Shown here in pieces: positions 1-7,252 of a stretch of DNA of 64,000 bases (positions are counted from its first letter, which is position 1; each line of letters starts with the position of its first letter). A model generated the notes under the pieces. The model had not been told where the DNA came from, made no database searches, and saw only the letters and a list, made by a program, of their open reading frames with translations. The stretch is taken from positions 286,082-350,081 of the forward strand of contig JAWSUF010000002.1 in the NCBI GenBank assembly GCA_033549365.1, given 5' to 3'. Origin of the DNA: Acidobacteriota bacterium. GTDB lineage: Bacteria > Acidobacteriota > Aminicenantia > Aminicenantales > Saccharicenantaceae. A program made the translations under genes and the position numbers.

Positions 1-1795
1 CCCCGATTTTGACGGGACAGGCCGTAAAACAGGCGCCGCATTTGATGCAGAGCGCCTGATCGATGACGTGGACTTTCTTTCGCTCTCCGGCAATGGCGTT
101 CACCGGGCAGGCTTTCAGGCAGAGAAGGCATCCGACGCATTTTTCGGGATCGATGGCGAAGGAAATGAGATTCTTGCAGACCCGCGCGGGGCAGGTTTTG
201 TCCTCGATATGGGCCCGGTATTCGTCGCGGAAATACCGCAGGGTCGAGAGAACGGGATTGGGCGCCGTCTGGCCCAGTCCGCACAGGGAGCCACGTTTGA
301 CCGTCCAGGCCAGCTCCTCCAGCTTTTCGATGTCGCCGGGGCGGCCCTCGCCCGCGGCGATTCCGGCCAGGATCTCGGCCATCCGGCGCGTTCCGATCCG
401 GCACGGCGCGCACTTGCCGCAGGATTCTTCCTGGGTGAAGCGCAGGAAATACAGGGCGATGTCGACCATGCAGGTGTCTTCGTCCATGACGATCATGCCG
501 CCCGAGCCCATCATGGCGCCGGCCCGGGTCAGGCTTTCATAGTCGACCGGCAGATCCAGGAGTTCGGTGGGGATGCAGCCCCCCGAGGGGCCGCCGATCT
601 GGACGGCCTTGAACTTGCGCCCGTTGGGAATGCCGCCGCCGATGTTGTTGACGATTTCGTCGAGGCGGATGCCCATGGGCACCTCGACAAGGCCGGTGTT
701 GTTGATCTTGCCGACCAGCGAGAAAACCTTGGTTCCCTTGCTCGTCTCCGTGCCCAAGCCGGCAAACCAGGCTGCTCCCCGGCGGATGATGGAGGGAACG
801 TTGGCCCAGGTTTCGACGTTGTTGATCGTCGTCGGTTGTCCCCAAAGCCCGCTCTGAGCCGGGTAGGGCGGCCGTTGCCGCGGTGCGGCGCGCTGGCCCT
901 CGATCGAGGCGATGAGGGCCGTTTCCTCTCCGGAAACGAAAGCGCCGGCGCCTCTCACGATCTCGACGTCGAAATCGAATCCCGAACCGAGGATGTTTTC
1001 TCCCAGCAGGCCGAATTCCCTGGCACTGCGAATGGCAATGTCAAGACGCTGAATGGCCAGGGGATATTCGTTCCGGATGTAGATGAAACCCCGGGCGGCG
1101 CTGATGGCCCGGGCTGCGATGACCATGCCCTCAAGAACGGCATGGGGGTCGGCTTCGAGAACGGACCGGTCCATGAAGGCTCCCGGGTCGCCCTCGTCGC
1201 CGTTGCAGATCAGGTATTTGGGCGAAGCTTTTTCCTTCCGGCACAGATCCCACTTTTTTCCGGTGGGAAACCCGGCGCCGCCCCGGCCGCGGAGTCCCGA
1301 GGCGCTGATTTCCGCAATGATCTCTTCGGGCGTCATTTCCGTCAGGGCCTTGGCCATGGCCTGGTAACCGTCGTAGGCAATGTACTCCTCGATTTTTTCC
1401 GGATCGATGCGGCCCCGGTTGCGAAGAACGATGAGGCGTTGATGCCGGAAGAATTCGATGTCGGCCATCTTGGGAACAGGCTTGGTGTCGGCCGGAGGCG
1501 TATACATGAGCCGGGCGACCGGTCGGCCTTTGATCAGGTGTTCCTCGACGAGCAGGGGAATGTCGTCGACGGAGAGTCTCTGGTAAAAGATGTCGTCGGG
1601 ACGCACGAGAACGATGGGCCCTTTCTCGCAGAACCCGTTGCAGCCCGTCGCCACGACCAGGATCTCGTCGGCCAGCCCGCGCCGTTCAATTTCCTTCTTG
1701 AGGGCTGTTTTGACGTCGAAAGCTCCGCACGAGACGCATCCCGTTCCGGCGCAAACCAGGAGATGAGCGCGATGGTGTTTCAATGGTATCCTCAA
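1..1795 (-). CDS. NuoF/HydB-like NADH-binding flavoprotein (51-kDa family) of a multimeric [FeFe]-hydrogenase-type complex; 3' end lies beyond the left edge of the window
   Basis: The minus strand is open across the whole interval. Revcomp of 481-540 reads LTRAGAMMGSGGMIVMDEDTCMVD, and revcomp of 1-60 reads CIKCGACFTACPV (4Fe-4S motif). The N-terminus MKHHRAHLLVCAGTGC is a thioredoxin-like 2Fe-2S domain. It is paralogous to 38608-41784. It is missing from the ORF track only because no stop falls inside the window. The start is TTG at 1795 (TTGA overlap with the upstream stop) or TTG at 1783. Confidence 0.8.
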   Translation of the reverse strand, partial: MRIPLKHHRAHLLVCAGTGCVSCGAFDVKTALKKEIERRGLADEILVVATGCNGFCEKGPIVLVRPDDIFYQRLSVDDIPLLVEEHLIKGRPVARLMYTPPADTKPVPKMADIEFFRHQRLIVLRNRGRIDPEKIEEYIAYDGYQAMAKALTEMTPEEIIAEISASGLRGRGGAGFPTGKKWDLCRKEKASPKYLICNGDEGDPGAFMDRSVLEADPHAVLEGMVIAARAISAARGFIYIRNEYPLAIQRLDIAIRSAREFGLLGENILGSGFDFDVEIVRGAGAFVSGEETALIASIEGQRAAPRQRPPYPAQSGLWGQPTTINNVETWANVPSIIRRGAAWFAGLGTETSKGTKVFSLVGKINNTGLVEVPMGIRLDEIVNNIGGGIPNGRKFKAVQIGGPSGGCIPTELLDLPVDYESLTRAGAMMGSGGMIVMDEDTCMVDIALYFLRFTQEESCGKCAPCRIGTRRMAEILAGIAAGEGRPGDIEKLEELAWTVKRGSLCGLGQTAPNPVLSTLRYFRDEYRAHIEDKTCPARVCKNLISFAIDPEKCVGCLLCLKACPVNAIAGERKKVHVIDQALCIKCGACFTACPVKIG

Positions 1796-2178
1796 TACAT
1801 GGTTTCGCTGCCGACGGCCAGGGCGTATTCGGCGACAATCCGGCCGTCCAGGACGTGTTCGGCGATGACCCGCCGCATCTTGTCCGGGGTGAGCCGAACA
1901 TACTTGACGGGAGGCTGGTCCTTGATTTCGACGGTGGCCATGGGTTCGCGGTTGCAGAGCCCGGCGCAACCCGAGGTGGTCACGATGACGTCCTGAAGAC
2001 CCCGGCTGCGGATCTCTTCCAGGAGGGTTTCCATGATATCCCTGGCCCCGGCGGCGATGCCGCAGGTGCCCATGTGAACCGTCACCTTGGCCCGGCCGGC
2101 GCCGTCGCGCAGAACGGTCAGCGACCGGGTTTTGTCCCTCATTGCGGCGAGGTCTTGAATCGTCAGTTTTTTCGTCAT
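1792..2178 (-). CDS. NuoE/HydC-like thioredoxin-fold [2Fe-2S] ferredoxin subunit
   Basis: 128 aa with four Cys in the NuoE pattern (HMGTCGIAAGARD ... TTSGCAGLCNREP). It lies directly upstream of the NuoF-like gene, and its stop overlaps the next start. Confidence 0.8.
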   Translation of the reverse strand: MTKKLTIQDLAAMRDKTRSLTVLRDGAGRAKVTVHMGTCGIAAGARDIMETLLEEIRSRGLQDVIVTTSGCAGLCNREPMATVEIKDQPPVKYVRLTPDKMRRVIAEHVLDGRIVAEYALAVGSETMY

Positions 2179-2750
2179 CGGCCCGAAACCTCTCCCTTGT
2201 TCTGAGATGCGGCCCCGATCTCTTCGAGGCCGTTGCGAAGCGCCTGCTGTATCGCTCCGATCGTCGCCGGATCCGCCGGCGTTCCGCCGGCGTCACGCGG
2301 CAGGAAACGCGAACTGGAAAACGCGAACGCCCGTCCGTCGCGCCTGTGGCGGTACCGAAATTCGATTCCGGGATGGCCGAAGATGAGTATCATCAATGTT
2401 TCGGCCATTTTTGTCAAGGGTTGGCGGTCGATATGGGAATGGCGGAAGCGGGCGGTGATTTGCGTTCCCCGGCCCGGCTTCGAGTCGATTTTGATGTCGC
2501 CGCCGGCCTGGCGTGCGGCTTGGGCCAGGAGCGGCAATCCCAGGCCCGTCCGTTTGGCGCCGGTTGTGAAAAACGGATCGAGGGCTTGAGCGACGGTCTC
2601 TTCGGACATGCCCCGGCCGTTGTCGGCGACCCGAAGAACAAGAAGGTCGCGGGCTGAGTCCTCCCGAACGGAGATGGCGATGCGCGTCGCTCCGGCCGCG
2701 GCGGCGTTTTCGGCCAAGTCCATGACGTGGAAGGACAGATCTTCCATCAT
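2175..2750 (-). CDS. GHKL/HATPase_c-domain protein (histidine-kinase-like ATPase or Ser kinase of the hydrogenase regulatory module)
   Basis: N-box VADNGRGMSEE, G-boxes DPFFTTG and GLGLPL, then GTQITARF. It makes an ATGA overlap with the upstream PHP gene. Confidence 0.7.
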   Translation of the reverse strand: MMEDLSFHVMDLAENAAAAGATRIAISVREDSARDLLVLRVADNGRGMSEETVAQALDPFFTTGAKRTGLGLPLLAQAARQAGGDIKIDSKPGRGTQITARFRHSHIDRQPLTKMAETLMILIFGHPGIEFRYRHRRDGRAFAFSSSRFLPRDAGGTPADPATIGAIQQALRNGLEEIGAASQNKGEVSGR

Positions 2751-3481
2751 GTCCGGAGAACCCCCCGCCCCTCGAGGCCGGCCAGAGCCTGCCGGATCTC
2801 CCGGATGGAGGGCTCGGCGAGAAGAAAAAGCGTCGACCGGCGGCCGATTTCGTCCGGCTGGTGGGCGTCCGAGGATTGAATGACCGGCAGGCCGGAGGCT
2901 TCGTCGAACTCCCCCGCTTTGTCCGGAGATGCGGACTCCAAGGCGTCCAGCCGCAGGTCCGGAGGGATGAATCCGAGTTGGGCGATGATGCCGAAGGCGC
3001 TTCTGTCGAAATGGGAGGCGACGGCCAATCCGTTGTGAGCATGAATGAGGTCGACGACCTCCCCGGCCGACAGGGCGGTTGCGCCCATGAGGAAGGCCGG
3101 ATGGAACCCGGAGACTCCGTCGAATTCGTCCGCGATGATCTGATCGCGGACAAAGGTTTTTCTTGAGTCCGGCATCGGCAGGTTCGAAGCCACGGCGGTT
3201 TCCACGGGACGGATGTCCTCCAGGCTCTCGAACAGACCCAGGATATGGACCTCTTCGGAGGACGTGATCTCAATGCCCGGAAAAACCCGAAGGCCCGATT
3301 CCGCCGCCGCCCGGACGGCCGCCGCCGTGTTCGCCGCCGTATTGTGATCGCAGAGGGCGATGATGTCCAGTCCGGCCTTGCGGGCCTCATCCACGATGCG
3401 GCGGGGGGACATCTCGACTTCGCCGCAGGGCGAAAGACAGGAATGAATGTGCAGATCGGCCCGGTAGCGTCTCAGGGCCAT
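2747..3481 (-). CDS. PHP-domain (polymerase/histidinol phosphatase-like) metal-dependent phosphoesterase
   Basis: The true start is MALRRYRADLHIHSCLSPCG at 3481 (His-x-His PHP motif; DIIALCDHN follows). The long Arg-rich N-terminal extension in the track looks like high-GC read-through, not coding. Confidence 0.75.
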   Translation of the reverse strand: MALRRYRADLHIHSCLSPCGEVEMSPRRIVDEARKAGLDIIALCDHNTAANTAAAVRAAAESGLRVFPGIEITSSEEVHILGLFESLEDIRPVETAVASNLPMPDSRKTFVRDQIIADEFDGVSGFHPAFLMGATALSAGEVVDLIHAHNGLAVASHFDRSAFGIIAQLGFIPPDLRLDALESASPDKAGEFDEASGLPVIQSSDAHQPDEIGRRSTLFLLAEPSIREIRQALAGLEGRGVLRT

Positions 3482-3822
3482 CAGGCTCCGCGAAGGCCGA
3501 GACCATGAAGGCGGCCGGCCAGTTCGAAGGCGCCGAGAGCGCTGCCGAGCAGCGGCAGCCCCTCCTTTTCGGCCCTCTGGACGGTCTCCGGTTCGGGAGT
3601 CCGGCCGCCGGAGATAACGACGCCCGCAAGATCCTTGAGGACGGCGACGGCGACGATATTGGGATGAATCTGAATGGTGATCCACAGAACATTCTCTCCG
3701 CCGCGGGCCATCACATCGCTCAGGAGGTCTCCGGCATAGCCGCTCTTGACGGCGCGTTGAAGCCCGTTCTCACCGGCGAAAACAGTGAGATCAAGCCGGG
3801 CAACCAGTTCGGCCAGGGTCAT
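3481..3822 (-). CDS. DRTGG-domain protein (small regulatory domain typical of [FeFe]-hydrogenase operons)
   Basis: About 113 aa from MTLAELVARLDLTVF..., including VVISGGRTPEPETV. Its stop overlaps the PHP start (TGATG), and its start overlaps the HydS stop (ATGA). Confidence 0.55.
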   Translation of the reverse strand: MTLAELVARLDLTVFAGENGLQRAVKSGYAGDLLSDVMARGGENVLWITIQIHPNIVAVAVLKDLAGVVISGGRTPEPETVQRAEKEGLPLLGSALGAFELAGRLHGLGLRGA

Positions 3823-5093
3823 GGTGTCTCCTTCCAGGTCATGGGACAGTCGCGGATGTCGGCCAGACCGCGGACGATGTCGTCGGCCAGAGTCGCGCAA
3901 TACGGCGCGCCGCAGAAGCCGCAATCCTTTCCGGGAAGCCGCTGGAGGATTTCGTCGCGAAGGCCGGCTTTGCGGATGGCTTCGGCCGGATCGGCGTCCA
4001 GCGGAGCGGAGGGTTGGGGTTCCAAGGGATGCTGGAACGACAGGAAATTTTCCCGGTACATGGTCCGGATCTCGCTTCTGTCGATGACGGATTTATCACC
4101 GGCTTTTTTGGCCAGGTGCAAGATGCGGCTTTTGGCCAGAAAACGGTTCTCGATCGACAGGGGCCCGCCCACGCAGCCGTCGGGACAGACCATGCACTCC
4201 AGGTAGTCGACGTCCCGGAGAAGACCGGATTCGACCTGATCCAGCACGTGAATGGTGTCCTGAACCCCGGAAACGGCCACGGTTCTGAACTTGGGCAGAC
4301 TGCGGGTTTCTCCGCCGGAGATGGACCAGCCGATGCCGAGACCGCTCATCGAAGAATCCGGAAACAGGTGCCGCATGATGGCCGTGTCGTCTTTTTTTCG
4401 GAGGATATCGAGAATCGGCGGATAGATGTCGCGGATGGAAACGGCGCCGTCGAGAAAGGACTTTTTCATGGTTGCCGGGTGATTGATGGACACAAGTTTG
4501 GCCGGGCAGGGCGTGATGTGAATGATGCCGATATCTTCGGGCTTGAGTTTCAAGGCCGCGGGCAGCGTCGAACGCAGAATTTTGGCGCCGATTTCCCGCG
4601 GCGGCTCGAACGGGACAATGAGCTCGCTGAGAGCCGGGAAGCGGCGCTGGATGAGCCGGACGACGACGGGGCAGGTCGAGGCGATGACGGGACGGGGCTG
4701 GGCGTGTTCGGTCAGATATTCCTCGACGGCGGCGATATAGAGTTCGCAGATCGCGCTGAGGTCGTAGACGTGGTCGAAGCCGATTTTTCTGAGGGCGTAA
4801 AGGATTTCGTAGGGAAGGACGCTGTTTCCGAATTGGCCGTAAAGGGCCGTGGCCGGAATGGCGACTTTGTAGGCGAACCTCTGCAGGTCGGAAAAGGATG
4901 TCGTGTGGGATTCGATGGCGTCCCGGGGACAATGCCGGATGCATTCGCCACAGTCGATGCACTGCCGGTCGATGACGCGGGCCTTGCCGTCCCGGATGCG
5001 GATGGCCTGGGTCGGGCAGGCGGTCAGGCAGTGGACGCACCCCGTGCATTTGTTGAGATTGATGCTGATGGCGTGCTGTTTTGCCTGAGTCAT
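3819..5093 (-). CDS. HydS-type putative sensory [FeFe]-hydrogenase (H-cluster domain, no PAS domain)
   Basis: Two N-terminal 4Fe-4S motifs (CTGCVHCLTACP, CIDCGECIRHCP). H-cluster-like motifs STCPVVV (L1), HITPCPAK (L2) and ECMVCPDGCVGGP (L3). A C-terminal Cx2Cx4Cx16C motif (CGFCGAPYC...16...C), as described for Thermotoga HydS. Confidence 0.8.
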   Translation of the reverse strand: MTQAKQHAISINLNKCTGCVHCLTACPTQAIRIRDGKARVIDRQCIDCGECIRHCPRDAIESHTTSFSDLQRFAYKVAIPATALYGQFGNSVLPYEILYALRKIGFDHVYDLSAICELYIAAVEEYLTEHAQPRPVIASTCPVVVRLIQRRFPALSELIVPFEPPREIGAKILRSTLPAALKLKPEDIGIIHITPCPAKLVSINHPATMKKSFLDGAVSIRDIYPPILDILRKKDDTAIMRHLFPDSSMSGLGIGWSISGGETRSLPKFRTVAVSGVQDTIHVLDQVESGLLRDVDYLECMVCPDGCVGGPLSIENRFLAKSRILHLAKKAGDKSVIDRSEIRTMYRENFLSFQHPLEPQPSAPLDADPAEAIRKAGLRDEILQRLPGKDCGFCGAPYCATLADDIVRGLADIRDCPMTWKETP

Positions 5094-5533
5094 GGCCGGG
5101 ACCCGTCCAGACAAACTGTGATCTCCAGACGTGTCCCCTGGCCCGGTTCGGAGGTCAGATGGAAGACGTCGGAGTTTTTCCGGATGTTCGGCAGTCCCAT
5201 GCCGGCGCCGAATCCGAGCTCGCGCATTTCACGGGTCGCCGTCGAAAACCCTTCCTTCATGGCCAAGTTGATGTCGGGGATGCCCGGGCCTTCATCGTCA
5301 ACGATGATGGAAACTTTTTCCGGTGTGACGGCCAGGCTGATCACGGCCTGCCGGGCATACATGATCACGTTCATTTCGGCTTCGAAGGCGGCGATGGCGA
5401 GACGCCGTACGGTCCCCGCGTCGATTCCGATGTCTTTGAGGAGATTCTTGATGCGGCAGGAGACATCGCCGGCCCGGGAAAACTCGCGGCCCTTGACCGA
5501 AAATTCAGTGCGAAAAGCCTTGTCCCCGGTCAT
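5090..5533 (-). CDS. RsbW-like anti-sigma-factor/Ser-Thr kinase (HATPase_c) protein
   Basis: 147 aa with IVDDEGPGIP and GFGAGMGLPNI GHKL motifs. Confidence 0.7.
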   Translation of the reverse strand: MTGDKAFRTEFSVKGREFSRAGDVSCRIKNLLKDIGIDAGTVRRLAIAAFEAEMNVIMYARQAVISLAVTPEKVSIIVDDEGPGIPDINLAMKEGFSTATREMRELGFGAGMGLPNIRKNSDVFHLTSEPGQGTRLEITVCLDGSRP

Positions 5534-5536
5534 CCG

Positions 5537-5875
5537 TCACTTCCCGTTCAGAAGCGCACCCATCCGCGTGCAGGCCTCGAACATGGGAAGAGGGGTTGAA
5601 GCAAGGGGCAAATCGTTCTTGAGGGCTTCCGCGATGATGTCGTCCGCCGGACGCTTGCCCTGGACGAAAACCACGGCGGCGATATCCGCCAGGGTGGCTG
5701 TCCGGACAACGTGGATATTGGCCAGTCCCGTTAAAAGAAGAGTTCCCGAATGGGCGAAGGCCAGGACGTCGCTCATGAGATCCGAGGCGAAAACGCGGGA
5801 AAAACGATGGGCGGTTTTGACGCCCGGCGTCAGGATGTCGCCCTGGAGCCGGACCAGGACGTCGTCCAGAGTCAT
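5537..5875 (-). CDS. DRTGG-domain protein (second copy)
   Basis: 112 aa. Architecture and position match the first DRTGG gene: it follows a NuoE-like gene and precedes a HATPase gene. Confidence 0.55.
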   Translation of the reverse strand: MTLDDVLVRLQGDILTPGVKTAHRFSRVFASDLMSDVLAFAHSGTLLLTGLANIHVVRTATLADIAAVVFVQGKRPADDIIAEALKNDLPLASTPLPMFEACTRMGALLNGK

Positions 5876-6411
5876 GTCGACGCCCTGCCGCGGCGGCCGG
5901 ATTTCTTTTTTCCGGTCTTGTCTCCGCCGGCCGCTTTTTTGTTTTCTGATTCCTGCGTCAACGCCGCCAGCACCTCGTCGGCCCGGGATTCCGTCATTTG
6001 GCCGTAGTATCGTCCGTCGACGACGACAAGGGGCGCCAGGGCACAGGCACCCAGGCAGTTGACACGCTCGAGCGTGAACTCGCCGTCGAATGATGTGCGG
6101 CCGGGTTCCAAGCCCATCCGCCGCGCGAAATGATCGAGAACGGCCCCGGCGCCGCGGACATGGCAGGCCGTTCCCATGCAGACCGTGCAGGTATGGCGTC
6201 CCCTGGGTTCAAGATGAAAGGATTTGTAAAATGTGGCCACGCTGTAGATATGGGACAGGGGAATATCCAGTTCCGCGGCCACCCCTTCGAGAATTTCGGG
6301 GGAAAGCCAGCGGGTTTCATCCTGGATATCCTGGAGAATGGGGATCAGGGCGTATTGACGCCCCTGATACCTGGCGATGACGTTTTGAATGGCGGCTGTT
6401 TCCGATATCAC
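5872..6411 (-). CDS. NuoE-like [2Fe-2S] ferredoxin subunit (third paralog in the window) with a Lys-rich C-terminal tail
   Basis: CTVCMGTACHVRGA ... CLGACALAP. The stop overlaps the downstream DRTGG start. Confidence 0.8.
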   Translation of the reverse strand: MISETAAIQNVIARYQGRQYALIPILQDIQDETRWLSPEILEGVAAELDIPLSHIYSVATFYKSFHLEPRGRHTCTVCMGTACHVRGAGAVLDHFARRMGLEPGRTSFDGEFTLERVNCLGACALAPLVVVDGRYYGQMTESRADEVLAALTQESENKKAAGGDKTGKKKSGRRGRAST

Positions 6412-6501
6412 GCGCGGCTCCTTTCGTCGGTCCCTTTTCTTTCCCCGGAGTCTCTCGTCCGGGCATGGTTGACTATAAGCGAAGGCCGGGACACGCCCTT
6501 G

Positions 6502-7086
6502 TCAGCGGCAACGCTGCCAGTCCGATTCACTGAACAAACGGTCGAGTTCTTTCCAGAGATCCTTGACGTGGCAGCTCATATAAATCAGATCCTGGGCGGC
6601 GCCCTCGATATCCTTGACGAAATCGGGGAACAGGGTGTCTTCGCGGAAACCCAATTTGCGGAAAATGAGCTGGGCGCCGACTTGAGGCCGCATCAGGCGG
6701 GCGACGATGGTCTCGACGTTTCGGCGTACGGCGATGAAGTAGAGTTCGCGGATCATGACCGTGCCCAGCCCCTTGTTGCGAAACGGCCGGGCGATGATGA
6801 CGCGGATTTCGGCCTGGTGTTCGCTCCAGCGCTCCCCGGAGAGTTCGAGATGTCCGTCGGCGATGATTTTCCCGTCGTGAAAGGCTCCGATGCGGATATG
6901 ATCGCCCGCTTCGATGCGCTGCAGCCTCCGGCTGACGATTCTCTTGTCGGTGACGTCGACACGAAGGTATTTCCGGTCTTCGCGGGGCAGTCCTGCGTAA
7001 AAGGCCATCAGCGCGTCGAGATCGTCAAGGGTCAGTTCCCGGATGATGACTTCAGTGCCGTCTTTCAGGTTTTCTGTTTTTTCCAT
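6502..7086 (-). CDS. GNAT family N-acetyltransferase
   Basis: 194 aa with acetyl-CoA motif A RNKGLGTVMIREL. Confidence 0.7.
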   Translation of the reverse strand: MEKTENLKDGTEVIIRELTLDDLDALMAFYAGLPREDRKYLRVDVTDKRIVSRRLQRIEAGDHIRIGAFHDGKIIADGHLELSGERWSEHQAEIRVIIARPFRNKGLGTVMIRELYFIAVRRNVETIVARLMRPQVGAQLIFRKLGFREDTLFPDFVKDIEGAAQDLIYMSCHVKDLWKELDRLFSESDWQRCR

Positions 7087-7208
7087 GCGGATTCGTCCCC
7101 TCTCATTGGAATCACGGTCAGGCCGCCTTTATAATCATGGCAGATCGTCGATAAACCTGATTGTATGTAAGCCCCGCCCCGAATGTCAAGGAAGTCGGAT
7201 GTCGCGGT

Positions 7209-7238
7209 TTGACAGGCTGTCTCTCCGGGTGCTATCTT
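7209..7238 (+). promoter_or_regulatory. Putative sigma70-type promoter for the histidine kinase gene
   Basis: TTGACA (7209-7214), an 18-nt spacer, then TATCTT (7233-7238). It sits about 15 nt upstream of the 7253 start. Confidence 0.3.
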
Positions 7239-7252
7239 GAGAACCAGCGGCG

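Noticed and set aside
68-1996. 642-aa plus-strand ORF
   Set aside because: It is an antisense shadow of the minus-strand NuoF-like and NuoE-like genes. The composition is Asp/Gly/Ala-rich and typical of reverse-frame translation in high-GC DNA. The minus strand gives clean 51-kDa-family motifs.
2293-3390. 365-aa minus-strand ORF, Arg/Pro/Ser-rich
   Set aside because: It is an alternative frame on the same strand as the PHP and HATPase genes. It is low-complexity and has no motifs.
4014-6062. 682-aa plus-strand ORF
   Set aside because: It is antisense to the HydS / HATPase / DRTGG genes, which have recognisable motifs on the minus strand.
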